Source of the DNA: Rhodobacterales bacterium
Lineage (GTDB): Bacteria; Pseudomonadota; Alphaproteobacteria; Rhodobacterales; Rhodobacteraceae
DNA: 64,000 nt
Direction: 5' to 3'
Assembly: GCA_043721775.1 (NCBI GenBank)
Contig: JAYSQA010000374.1
Span: 7,940 to 71,939 of the forward strand
The position numbers and the translations under genes are program-made. The notes below the pieces were generated by a model. The model saw nothing but the letters and a program-made list of their open reading frames with translations. It was not told the origin of the DNA and ran no database searches. Within the stretch, counting starts at the first letter, position 1; every line of letters begins with the position of its first letter. Below are positions 8,885-17,073 of the stretch, in pieces.

Positions 8885-10023
8885 TTGCGCAGGCCGTAGT
8901 TGTCGAGTTTGGCCCAGACTGCGGACAGGTCGACGACAGTGCCCCTTGTCCGGGCCTGGTCGAGGCCTAACGCGGCGATGCCGGCCTCCATGGCGTCGAG
9001 AACCGAGACGGGCAGGCCTGCGGCTTCGCCTCGCAGGAATTTGCTGATGTCGCGGCACATCAGGGTGTCGGCGCCGTAGTGGGCGCCTTTGTTGGCGGCA
9101 CCTTGGGTGTAGTCGTTGTCGACAAGGCGGCGGCCGTCGCGGGCGGTGACTTTGAGGAAGCCGCGGACGAAATCGCCCTCGGCCATGCCGTGGGTGCCCA
9201 TGACGCAGAAGCGGCGGTGTTCATCCGGGACGTTGAGATTGGTGTGGAAGGCGAGGGACGCGCCGGTTTCGTATTGCAGGATCGAGGTCTGGAAGTCGAT
9301 GATATCGCCATCGGAATGGAAGGGGTCTTCGACGGATTCCCAGACGGATTTCTTGACGTGGAATATCTCGGCCTCGGCGTTGTTGGAGGGAGCGTTTTCG
9401 GGGAGGAAGCTTTTGCGCCCCCCGAAAGAGGCCAGTTTTTCGGGGCGCGATGCGGTGACCATGTTGTAGATGTCGAGATCGTGGCAGCACTTTTCCAGCA
9501 TGAAACCGCCGGAATAGTGAACCTTTCGCCGCCAGTCGCGCATGAAGAAGGCGCCGTGGTAGGGGGCGATATGTTCGTTGGCTTCAAGGGAGACGATGCG
9601 GCCAAGCTGGCCCTCCGCGAGGGAAGCGCGCAGGTCAACCATGTGTTGGGAATAGCGCAGGACCAGGCCAATCATGGCGCGGTTCGCTCCGCCGTGGAGG
9701 GAGAGCAGGCGGGCGAGTTCCAGGGTCTCGTCGATCGACACCACCACTGGCTTTTCGGTGAACATCTGAACGCCAGCCTCAAGCCCAAGGCGGATGTGTT
9801 CAAGGTGAAAGAGGTTGGGGGAGAAGACGCAGAACAGATCGGGGTTGGCGTCGGACAGCATGGCCTCAACCGTGGGGTAGCGAGGGGTGTCGGTGCCGAT
9901 CATCTCCAAGTAGGTTGGCTGGGGGTCGTAGAAACCCACAAACTCCACCTCGGGCATTTCGGCTTTCAGGGTGGACAGGACGTGACCGGCCCGCAGGCCG
10001 ATGCCTGCTGTGACAACGCGCAT
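8881..10023 (-). CDS. Gfo/Idh/MocA-family NAD(P)-dependent oxidoreductase
   Basis: GIGLRAG, SPNLFH, FTEKP, GLVLRY, GGFMLEKCCHDLD, GAHYGAD; RBS GGAG before ATG 10023. Confidence 0.88.
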   Translation of the reverse strand: MRVVTAGIGLRAGHVLSTLKAEMPEVEFVGFYDPQPTYLEMIGTDTPRYPTVEAMLSDANPDLFCVFSPNLFHLEHIRLGLEAGVQMFTEKPVVVSIDETLELARLLSLHGGANRAMIGLVLRYSQHMVDLRASLAEGQLGRIVSLEANEHIAPYHGAFFMRDWRRKVHYSGGFMLEKCCHDLDIYNMVTASRPEKLASFGGRKSFLPENAPSNNAEAEIFHVKKSVWESVEDPFHSDGDIIDFQTSILQYETGASLAFHTNLNVPDEHRRFCVMGTHGMAEGDFVRGFLKVTARDGRRLVDNDYTQGAANKGAHYGADTLMCRDISKFLRGEAAGLPVSVLDAMEAGIAALGLDQARTRGTVVDLSAVWAKLDNYGLRK

Positions 10024-10034
10024 TATAGTCTCCT

Positions 10035-11132
10035 TCAGGCGACGAGGGCGGGGGCCATGAGGCGGCGCAGGACGGTTCCGCTGGCGTCGAATACGTGGCA
10101 ATCGGCGGGGTTGATAGACAGATCGACGGTCTGGCCTTCGGCAACGGCGGCGTCACCGGGCAAGGCGGCGCAGAAGCGCTGGCCGTTGGGCATGTGACCA
10201 TAGGTGATCGAGGTGCCGCCCAAGCGTTCCAGCACGCGGACTTTCATGGACAGGCCTTGCCCCAGGTGGATGTTTTCGGGGCGCATGCCAACCTCTATCC
10301 GGTCGCCCTTGCGGGCGTTTCCACCGTCAACGGGCAGGGTCATCTGGACACCGCCATCGAGTTCGACGGCAAGGCCACGGGTGTCGTTGCCCAAGATCTT
10401 GGCGGGGACGAGGTTCATGTTGGGTTGGCCGATGAAGGTGGCGACGAAGCGGGTGGCGGGGTGGTGGTAAAGCTCCATCGGGGTGCCGAACTGTTCAACC
10501 TTGCCGGCGTTCAGCACGACAATGCGGTGGGCCATGGTCATTGCCTCTACCTGGTCATGCGTCACATAGATCATCGTGGCTGCAAGATCGCGGTGCAGTT
10601 GGGAAAGTTCGACCCGCATGCCACCGCGCAGAGCTGCATCGAGGTTCGACAGCGGTTCGTCGAACAGGAAGATTTTGGGGTTGCGAACGATACTGCGCCC
10701 GATAGCGACGCGCTGGCGCTGGCCGCCGGAAAGCTGGCCGGGCTTCAATTGCAACTTCTCAGTCAATTGCAGGATTTCGGCGGCTTTGGCGACTTTGGAC
10801 TTCACCTCTGCTTCGGGCAGTTTCTGCACGCGAAGGGGGAAGGCGATGTTCTCGTAGACGGTCAGGTGCGGGTAGAGCGCGTAGGATTGGAACACCATCG
10901 AAATGCCGCGGTCCACCGGGGCAAGGGCCGAGACATCAGTGCCTTCGATGACGATGGCGCCAGAAGTCGCCTCTTCCAGCCCGGCGACGATGCGCAACAG
11001 GGTGGATTTGCCACACCCGGAGGGGCCGACGAAGACGACGAATTCCTTGTCCTTGATGGCAAGGTCAATGCCCTTCAGGACGGACGAGGTGCCGAAGGAC
11101 TTTGTGATATTTTGCAGGTTCAGCGTGGCCAT
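10035..11132 (-). CDS. Carbohydrate ABC transporter ATP-binding subunit (MalK/UgpC family)
   Basis: GPSGCGKST, LSGGQRQRVAIGR, FLFDEPLSNLDA, YVTHDQ, C-terminal TOBE region. Confidence 0.95.
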   Translation of the reverse strand: MATLNLQNITKSFGTSSVLKGIDLAIKDKEFVVFVGPSGCGKSTLLRIVAGLEEATSGAIVIEGTDVSALAPVDRGISMVFQSYALYPHLTVYENIAFPLRVQKLPEAEVKSKVAKAAEILQLTEKLQLKPGQLSGGQRQRVAIGRSIVRNPKIFLFDEPLSNLDAALRGGMRVELSQLHRDLAATMIYVTHDQVEAMTMAHRIVVLNAGKVEQFGTPMELYHHPATRFVATFIGQPNMNLVPAKILGNDTRGLAVELDGGVQMTLPVDGGNARKGDRIEVGMRPENIHLGQGLSMKVRVLERLGGTSITYGHMPNGQRFCAALPGDAAVAEGQTVDLSINPADCHVFDASGTVLRRLMAPALVA

Positions 11133-11171
11133 TTGGGTCCTCGGGCAAAGCAGGCGGGGGGCTAAGAGGGG

Positions 11172-11195
11172 GCGGGCGACACTAAGGCCGCCCGC
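11172..11195 (-). other. GC-rich intergenic stem-loop after the binding-protein gene (probable mRNA stabiliser)
   Basis: GCGGGCG (11172-11178) / CGCCCGC (11189-11195) inverted repeat; no U-tract on the minus strand. Confidence 0.5.
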
Positions 11196-11203
11196 TGTAG
11201 GGG

Positions 11204-12418
11204 TTACTTCACGTCCGCCAGATCGACGCCAGCTTGCTTGACCAGATCGTCAACCGATCCGCCCTCGCCCAGCATGACGCCCTGGATCATGCTGGTGAAC
11301 ACGCCTTGCAGCGATTTGAAGTCGGTGACCATCGGCTCGGGTCCGCCGGCCGAGATGCCGTCGACGAAGATTTTCCAGAACGGATCATCCATGTAGAACG
11401 GCTTCGCCACGCCAAGCTTTTCATATTGGAAGATCGGGGTCAGGCCCCACGACTGGTCAAGGTCATACTGCGCATCGCCCGAGGTCATCGCAGTGGCCAG
11501 CTTCTGGGCGGCGGCTTGCACCGCCGGGTCTTTCTGCTTGAAGACAGCAATCGAGTCAGTGATCAGGATGGTGCCCGAAGCGCCCGACGGACCATGCGGA
11601 ACCGGCACGACAAGCATGTTCGGAACCTTGTCTTTCGACTGACCCTTGGCCCACGGACCGGAAACATACATGCCCAGCTTCTGGTCGTTGAACAGATCCT
11701 TCATCTGATCACGTTCCCAAGCGGTCGGGCCTTCTTCAGCGTAGGGCAGGATATCTTTGTACATTTGCAGGGTTTCGCGGGTCTGCGGGCTGTCCAGCAA
11801 CGCTTCGCCGGTGTCGGCATTCAGCACGGCGCCGCCATTGGAGTACAGGAAGTCGAGGAACATGTGCATGGTGTTGTCAAAGTCTTTGCCCGCGATGCCG
11901 ATGCCCGCGACGCCGTCTTTTTCCTTGATCGCCTTGGCCATGGCAATCATGTCAGCCCAAGTCTCGGGCGCTTTGCATTCCAGACCGGCGGCCTTGACGA
12001 GGTCGCAGTTGATATACAGCGCCTTGGTCGAGAAGGCGTGCGGATAGCCCCAGTATTTGCCACCCGAAGACACGGTTTTCAGAACGCCCGGCTGGTACTT
12101 GTCGACCATATCGGGGGCGATTTCAGCCGGAACGATCAGGTCTTCCTTGGACAGCTTCAAGAGGGTGCGTGAGCCGATATAAGCCAGCCCAACCGGGTTG
12201 CCAGCCGAGGCCAGCGTCATGGCCTTATCCTGGCAAGTGCCCCACGGAACTTGCTCGACGTTGACCTTGATGTCGGGATTGTCAGCCTGGAACTTGTCGG
12301 TGACGACCTTGTCTGCCGGACGCGGATCGCCGCACAGGATCACGGACAGGTCCGTCGCATTGGCCGCCGTGCCGCCCATCAGGGCCGCAACGAGCAGCAG
12401 AGTTTTCGTGTATTTCAT
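11204..12418 (-). CDS. Sugar ABC transporter substrate-binding protein
   Basis: Signal peptide ending ANA; SBP family 1 features (NPDIKVNVEQVPW, KAPETWAD, GMYVSGPW); RBS GGGAG. Confidence 0.92.
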   Translation of the reverse strand: MKYTKTLLLVAALMGGTAANATDLSVILCGDPRPADKVVTDKFQADNPDIKVNVEQVPWGTCQDKAMTLASAGNPVGLAYIGSRTLLKLSKEDLIVPAEIAPDMVDKYQPGVLKTVSSGGKYWGYPHAFSTKALYINCDLVKAAGLECKAPETWADMIAMAKAIKEKDGVAGIGIAGKDFDNTMHMFLDFLYSNGGAVLNADTGEALLDSPQTRETLQMYKDILPYAEEGPTAWERDQMKDLFNDQKLGMYVSGPWAKGQSKDKVPNMLVVPVPHGPSGASGTILITDSIAVFKQKDPAVQAAAQKLATAMTSGDAQYDLDQSWGLTPIFQYEKLGVAKPFYMDDPFWKIFVDGISAGGPEPMVTDFKSLQGVFTSMIQGVMLGEGGSVDDLVKQAGVDLADVK

Positions 12419-12467
12419 TATGAACTCCCTTTGTTGGTAGGCTTTGGAATTGGTCAGTTTCTTGTGG

Positions 12468-13313
12468 TCACTCTTTCACCGCGCCGGCGGTCAGACCGGC
12501 GACGAGGTATTTTTGCAGGAACAGGAAGACGATGATGACAGGCAAGATGCCGGTCAGCGCAGCGGCCATCATCTGGTTCCATTCCACCGACTGATAGCCG
12601 ATGAATTCAAACAGCCCTGCCGCAAGGGGCTGGTATTCGCGCACCTGATTAAAGGTGATGGCGAAAAGGTATTGCTGGGCATAAGCGCCGATGAAAACCG
12701 AAACGCCGACGACAATCAGCCCGGGCACGGCGAGAGGAAGAACGATCCGGCGCAGGGTATAAAGGCGTGAGGCACCGTCGACATAGGCAGCTTCTTCCAG
12801 TTCTTTCGGGATCTTTTCCAGATAGCCGCGCAGCAACCAGATGCCGGTGGGGATCAGGAAGGCGACGCCGGGGATGATCATCGACCAATAAGTGTTCAGC
12901 AAGCCCAAGGTCCGCATGACGCGGTAGAGGGGGATCAGCAAGACAGCGCCGGTGAACATGTTGATGGCAAGGAACGCGCCCAGCGAGATGGACTTGAAGG
13001 GAAAGTCCAGCCTTGCATAGGCATAAGCGGCGGGGATCACGAAGATCATCGTCAGAGCGGTGACCATGCTGGCCACGTAGATCGAGTTAAGGATGTAGCG
13101 GCCCAGAAGCGGCACCTTGATCCACATGTCGTGGTAGGCCTGGAAGGAAAACTCATTCGTCCAGAACTCATATGGGGAATGGAACAGGTGGCTCATCGGG
13201 GAAAGGCTGGTGCGGAACATCTCGATGAAGGGCAGAAGGATGAAGGTCAGGAACACCAGAATGGCGGCATAGATGCCGATTTTGTGCAGCAGGGAGTAGC
13301 GGTCCATCAGCAT
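12468..13313 (-). CDS. Carbohydrate ABC transporter permease (MalG-like)
   Basis: EAA loop IPKELEEAAYVDGAS; C-terminal LQKYLVAGLTAGAVKE. Confidence 0.93.
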   Translation of the reverse strand: MLMDRYSLLHKIGIYAAILVFLTFILLPFIEMFRTSLSPMSHLFHSPYEFWTNEFSFQAYHDMWIKVPLLGRYILNSIYVASMVTALTMIFVIPAAYAYARLDFPFKSISLGAFLAINMFTGAVLLIPLYRVMRTLGLLNTYWSMIIPGVAFLIPTGIWLLRGYLEKIPKELEEAAYVDGASRLYTLRRIVLPLAVPGLIVVGVSVFIGAYAQQYLFAITFNQVREYQPLAAGLFEFIGYQSVEWNQMMAAALTGILPVIIVFLFLQKYLVAGLTAGAVKE

Positions 13314-13314
13314 G

Positions 13315-14232
13315 TCATTTCACCCCATAGAACTTGTTCACGCGGTTGAGCATCGTGAGGTAGAGCAGTGAGAACAGACCCAACAGGATCACGATAGCCA
13401 CGGCACGGGCGGAGCCTTCACCGAATTTGAAGTTGCCGATGGCGGTTTTGTAGGTGTCGATGATCATCGTGGTGGTGCCACCGCGCGGCCCCCCTTGGGT
13501 CAAAATCCAGATGATGTCGAAGGAGTTGAAGGTCCAGATGGCGGACAAGAGGGCCATTGAAACGATCACTGGCATGATCTGCGGAATGGTAATGCGGCGA
13601 AAGCGATACCAGCGGCTGGCACCGTCTACCCAAGCGGCCTCGTACAGGTCCCGCGACACACCTTGCATGGCGGCGAGGAAGAAAAGCGAGACCATGGGTG
13701 TGCCGACCCAGACATCGGTGATGATGCAGGAGTAGAAGGCCGAGTTCTTGTAGGCGAGGAACTCGAACGGGCCATTCAGGATGCCAAAGCGCTGCGCCAT
13801 CCCGGAAACGATACCGAATTGGCCGTTATAGACCCACAACCAGCCGATGCAGCCGATGGCGATCGGGATGACCCACGGCGGCATGATCAGCATCCGGAAC
13901 AGACCGCGACCGGGGACGGCGGCGCTCAGCAGGGTCGCACCGATGAGGCCGACGATCAGCTTCAGGGAAACGGACAGAACCATCCAGTAGAAGGTCAGCC
14001 CGATGATGGTGAAGAACTTCGTGCTGCCCAGCAGCTTTTGGTAGTTGGAAAGCCCCACCCAGCTTTCGCTGTTCATGCTTGCATCGGTGAAGGACAGGCG
14101 GATCGTCTCTAACAACGGCCAGGCGACGATGACGCCGATGAAGGCGACGGCGGGAAAGATCAGCGCCCAGGCGAACCACGCCTCTGACAGCCCTCGGCGG
14201 CGTGCTTTGGTGGGCAGCGAAGATGATGTCAT
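13315..14232 (-). CDS. Carbohydrate ABC transporter permease (MalF-like)
   Basis: WVGLSNY, DLYEAAWVDGAS, LTQGGP. Confidence 0.93.
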   Translation of the reverse strand: MTSSSLPTKARRRGLSEAWFAWALIFPAVAFIGVIVAWPLLETIRLSFTDASMNSESWVGLSNYQKLLGSTKFFTIIGLTFYWMVLSVSLKLIVGLIGATLLSAAVPGRGLFRMLIMPPWVIPIAIGCIGWLWVYNGQFGIVSGMAQRFGILNGPFEFLAYKNSAFYSCIITDVWVGTPMVSLFFLAAMQGVSRDLYEAAWVDGASRWYRFRRITIPQIMPVIVSMALLSAIWTFNSFDIIWILTQGGPRGGTTTMIIDTYKTAIGNFKFGEGSARAVAIVILLGLFSLLYLTMLNRVNKFYGVK

Positions 14233-14286
14233 CCGGTTCCCCGTTCCCGTTCGGTGCTTCAGCGCCGAATCTCTTGTTGGGGGAAT

Positions 14287-14445
14287 GTTACCAAAGCTGC
14301 AACATTTTGCTACCTATATACTACCAATTATGCAGAAATTCTGCTTACCCTTGATTTTTGGCTTGTTTTTTACCCGAATCGAGCGCCAAATGACTGTTAT
14401 GGTCTGGTTTGACCGCAGAAATGTAATACCAATAACAGTGCCGCC
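14287..14445. promoter_or_regulatory. Divergent promoter region with repeated TACCA/TGGTA operator-like motifs
   Basis: AT-rich intergenic; GTTACCA 14287-14293, ACTACCA 14320-14326, AATACCA 14425-14431; TTGACC (14409-14414) N18 TAACAG (14433-14438) just ahead of the regulator ATG. Confidence 0.55.
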
Positions 14446-15195
14446 ATGACAGAGATGCCCGACCTCTTCGCGCCCCAAAGTTGGTATCGGCCTGACAAGG
14501 GGCCGCGCTATGCTCAACTTTACCGGCATATCGCCGCACTGATCCGCTCTGGCGCGCTGGAGGCGGAGGCGCAGTTGCCGCCGGAACGTGACCTTGCCGA
14601 GATTGCCGATGTCAGTCGGGTGACGGTGCGCAAAGCGGTGGCGCAACTGGTCGAGGAAGGCGTTTTGGAACAGCGGCGCGGCGCGGGCACGTTTGTGTTG
14701 CCGGTGCCGCAAAGGCTGGAACAGTCTCTGTCCAACCTGATTTCATTTACGGAACATATGAGCCAACGGGGAAAAACCTCGTCTTCGCAGGTGCTGCAAC
14801 GCGGGCTTTTTCCGCCCCGGCCCGAGGAGCAGATGGCTTTGGGCATGTTGTCCGGCCAACGCGTCGCCCGGATCGAACGGCTGCGGTCGGCGGATGGGCA
14901 GGCGATGGCGCTGGAGTGGTCCTCGCTGCCCGAGGATATTCTGCCGGACCCGTTTCTTGTGGAAACCTCGCTGTATTCCGTGCTGCGCGATCTGGGTTGC
15001 GCGCCGGTGCGGGCGGTGCAGCGGGTGACAGCGGTGAATTTGGAGGAAAGCGAGGCGCATTTGCTGAACCTTTCCCCCGGCGCTGCGGTGCTGCGGATTG
15101 ACCGGACGGGATACCTTGCCTCTGGCCGCCCGATCGAGTTCACGCGGGGCCTGTATCGGTCAGACATCTACGATTTCATCGCCGAATCGCGTTAG
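14446..15195 (+). CDS. GntR/HutC-family (UTRA) regulator, NagQ/NagR-like
   Basis: LPPERDLAEIADVSRVTVRKA, RRGAGTFV, SFTE; divergent from the nag operon. Confidence 0.9.
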   Translation: MTEMPDLFAPQSWYRPDKGPRYAQLYRHIAALIRSGALEAEAQLPPERDLAEIADVSRVTVRKAVAQLVEEGVLEQRRGAGTFVLPVPQRLEQSLSNLISFTEHMSQRGKTSSSQVLQRGLFPPRPEEQMALGMLSGQRVARIERLRSADGQAMALEWSSLPEDILPDPFLVETSLYSVLRDLGCAPVRAVQRVTAVNLEESEAHLLNLSPGAAVLRIDRTGYLASGRPIEFTRGLYRSDIYDFIAESR

Positions 15196-15202
15196 GAAAA
15201 TC

Positions 15203-17035
15203 ATGGAACTTGGCTTTGACGCCCGGATTGTAGGCACGGAAATTCACTGCGATATCGTCTCTGATACGGCGCTTAAGGGGGCGGTGTTCTGTTGCTCGAT
15301 CATGACACCGGCACGGGTTGTTTCGGGAGGTACGCTGGTGCGGCAGGTGGCGGGATATACCGAGGTGGCGTTGCCAGATTTGGCGCCTGACGTGCAGCAT
15401 CGGGTGGTTCTGGTGCATGACGGCAAGGGCTTTTCACCCAAGAACCGCGCCTGGCTGCCGCTGGGTCCCTATCTGCGCACGACTTATGGGCCGATGCCGC
15501 TGCCTGCGACCGAGTTGGGGGTGCGCTACGATACCCCTCCGCCGCGTATGGCTCCGCAGTTTGCCGGCCTGAAACTGGTGCCGCAGCCGACGAAATGGCT
15601 GCCCTCTGTTGGCACGCTGCGGACGCTGGCGTTTGCATCGGTCGATCCGCAGTTCGCTTTAGCCGACGCTCTTGCACAGCGGCGCGGGTTGGCGCCGTTG
15701 TTGGCGGACGATGGCATTCCCGTGACGATAGAACGCGATGAAAGCCTTGGCGAGGATCACCTGCTGGAGATTGCTTCGGATGGCATCCTGATCCGCGCTG
15801 GCAGCGTTTCCAGCCTGTTTGGTGCCGCAATTACCCTTTTAACCCTGCGGGAAACGCACAGTAGCGCGCTACCCTTGGGCCGGATCGAGGATGGGCCGCG
15901 CTTTGAATGGCGGGGGCAGCATCTGGACTGCTCACGCCATTTCTATCAGGTGGCGTCGATCCTGAAGTTGCTGGACCTGATGGCGTTTTTGAAGCTGAAC
16001 CGGTTCCACTGGCATTTTTCCGATGATGAATCGTTCCGGGTTCAGGTCGATTGCGCGCCGGAGATTTGGCAAAAGACGGAATTCCGCGGTGAAGGGCAGC
16101 TTATTCCGGGGGTTTGGGGCGGTGGCATCCGGTCGGGGGGCAGCTATTCGAAGAAGGATGTGGCGCAGGTGCTGGCCCATGCTGCGGGCCTGCATATAAA
16201 GATATTGCCCGAGATCGAAGTGCCCGCACATTCCCATGCATTGAACGCTTCGCACCCCGGGATGCGCGATTATCGCGATAATGGTGCCGAAATGTCCGTG
16301 CATGGGTTCCTTGAGAACACGCTGAACCCGGCGATGCAGGCGACCTGGGATCTGGTGGAGCCTTTGTCGCTGGAGGTGGCAGGACTGTTCCCGCTGGGCA
16401 TTCTGCATCTGGGCTGCGATGAATTGCCCCACGGGGCCTGGGACGGCTCTCCCGCGATCAGCAAGATGAAGGCAGATTTGGGGCTGCAAAATCAAGACGA
16501 TGTGCAGGGCTGGGCGATGTCGAAACTGGCGGGATTTCTGGCCTTGCACGGCGTCCGCGCGGCGGCGTGGGAAGAGGCGGCGAAGGGGGCCAATGGCGGG
16601 ATTGGTCACGATTCCCTGCTGTTTTCCTGGACCGGACAAGGGCCGGGAATCGCCGCAGCTCGTGCGGGACATCAAGTGGTGATGTGTCCGGCGCAGAACA
16701 TCTATTTCGACATGGCCCATACGTCAGACCCGGAAGACTGGGGTGCCGCCTGGGCTGCCTATGTGGCGCTGGAGGATGTGGTGAACTGGAAGCCGGTGCC
16801 GGAAGGGGCCGAGGATATTGCAGGCAATGTACTGGGCGTCGAGGGGTGCTTCTGGTCCGAATTCACCACCCATGACGCCGAAATGGAGCCTATGCTGGCC
16901 CCGCGCATCCTTGGGCTGGCCAACAAGGCGTGGGACAAGACGGACCGGGTGGATGGGCCAGCCTTGCGATCCTTGGCCCAGGCCTATGGGCCATTGTTCG
17001 ACCGGATCAGCTGGCAGCGGCACAAAGGGGCTTAG
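15203..17035 (+). CDS. Beta-N-acetylhexosaminidase, GH20 (no signal peptide)
   Basis: DGPRFEWRGQHLDCSRHF, KLNRFHWHFSDDE, PEIEVPAH, catalytic HLGCDE, CFWSE; start after AGGA. Confidence 0.92.
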   Translation: MELGFDARIVGTEIHCDIVSDTALKGAVFCCSIMTPARVVSGGTLVRQVAGYTEVALPDLAPDVQHRVVLVHDGKGFSPKNRAWLPLGPYLRTTYGPMPLPATELGVRYDTPPPRMAPQFAGLKLVPQPTKWLPSVGTLRTLAFASVDPQFALADALAQRRGLAPLLADDGIPVTIERDESLGEDHLLEIASDGILIRAGSVSSLFGAAITLLTLRETHSSALPLGRIEDGPRFEWRGQHLDCSRHFYQVASILKLLDLMAFLKLNRFHWHFSDDESFRVQVDCAPEIWQKTEFRGEGQLIPGVWGGGIRSGGSYSKKDVAQVLAHAAGLHIKILPEIEVPAHSHALNASHPGMRDYRDNGAEMSVHGFLENTLNPAMQATWDLVEPLSLEVAGLFPLGILHLGCDELPHGAWDGSPAISKMKADLGLQNQDDVQGWAMSKLAGFLALHGVRAAAWEEAAKGANGGIGHDSLLFSWTGQGPGIAAARAGHQVVMCPAQNIYFDMAHTSDPEDWGAAWAAYVALEDVVNWKPVPEGAEDIAGNVLGVEGCFWSEFTTHDAEMEPMLAPRILGLANKAWDKTDRVDGPALRSLAQAYGPLFDRISWQRHKGA

Positions 17036-17073
17036 CTTGATGGATGGGTAAATCAGGCTCTGTACCGGCGGTT

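Noticed and set aside
6885-12172. Long + strand ORFs (6885-8042, 9079-10197, 10095-11165, 11234-12172)
   Set aside because: Antisense shadows of well-supported minus-strand genes, expected at high GC; no recognisable motifs
14311-14338. Possible dif site (TTATGCAGAAA resembles a XerD arm)
   Set aside because: No XerC-like arm at the right spacing; better explained as the nag promoter/operator
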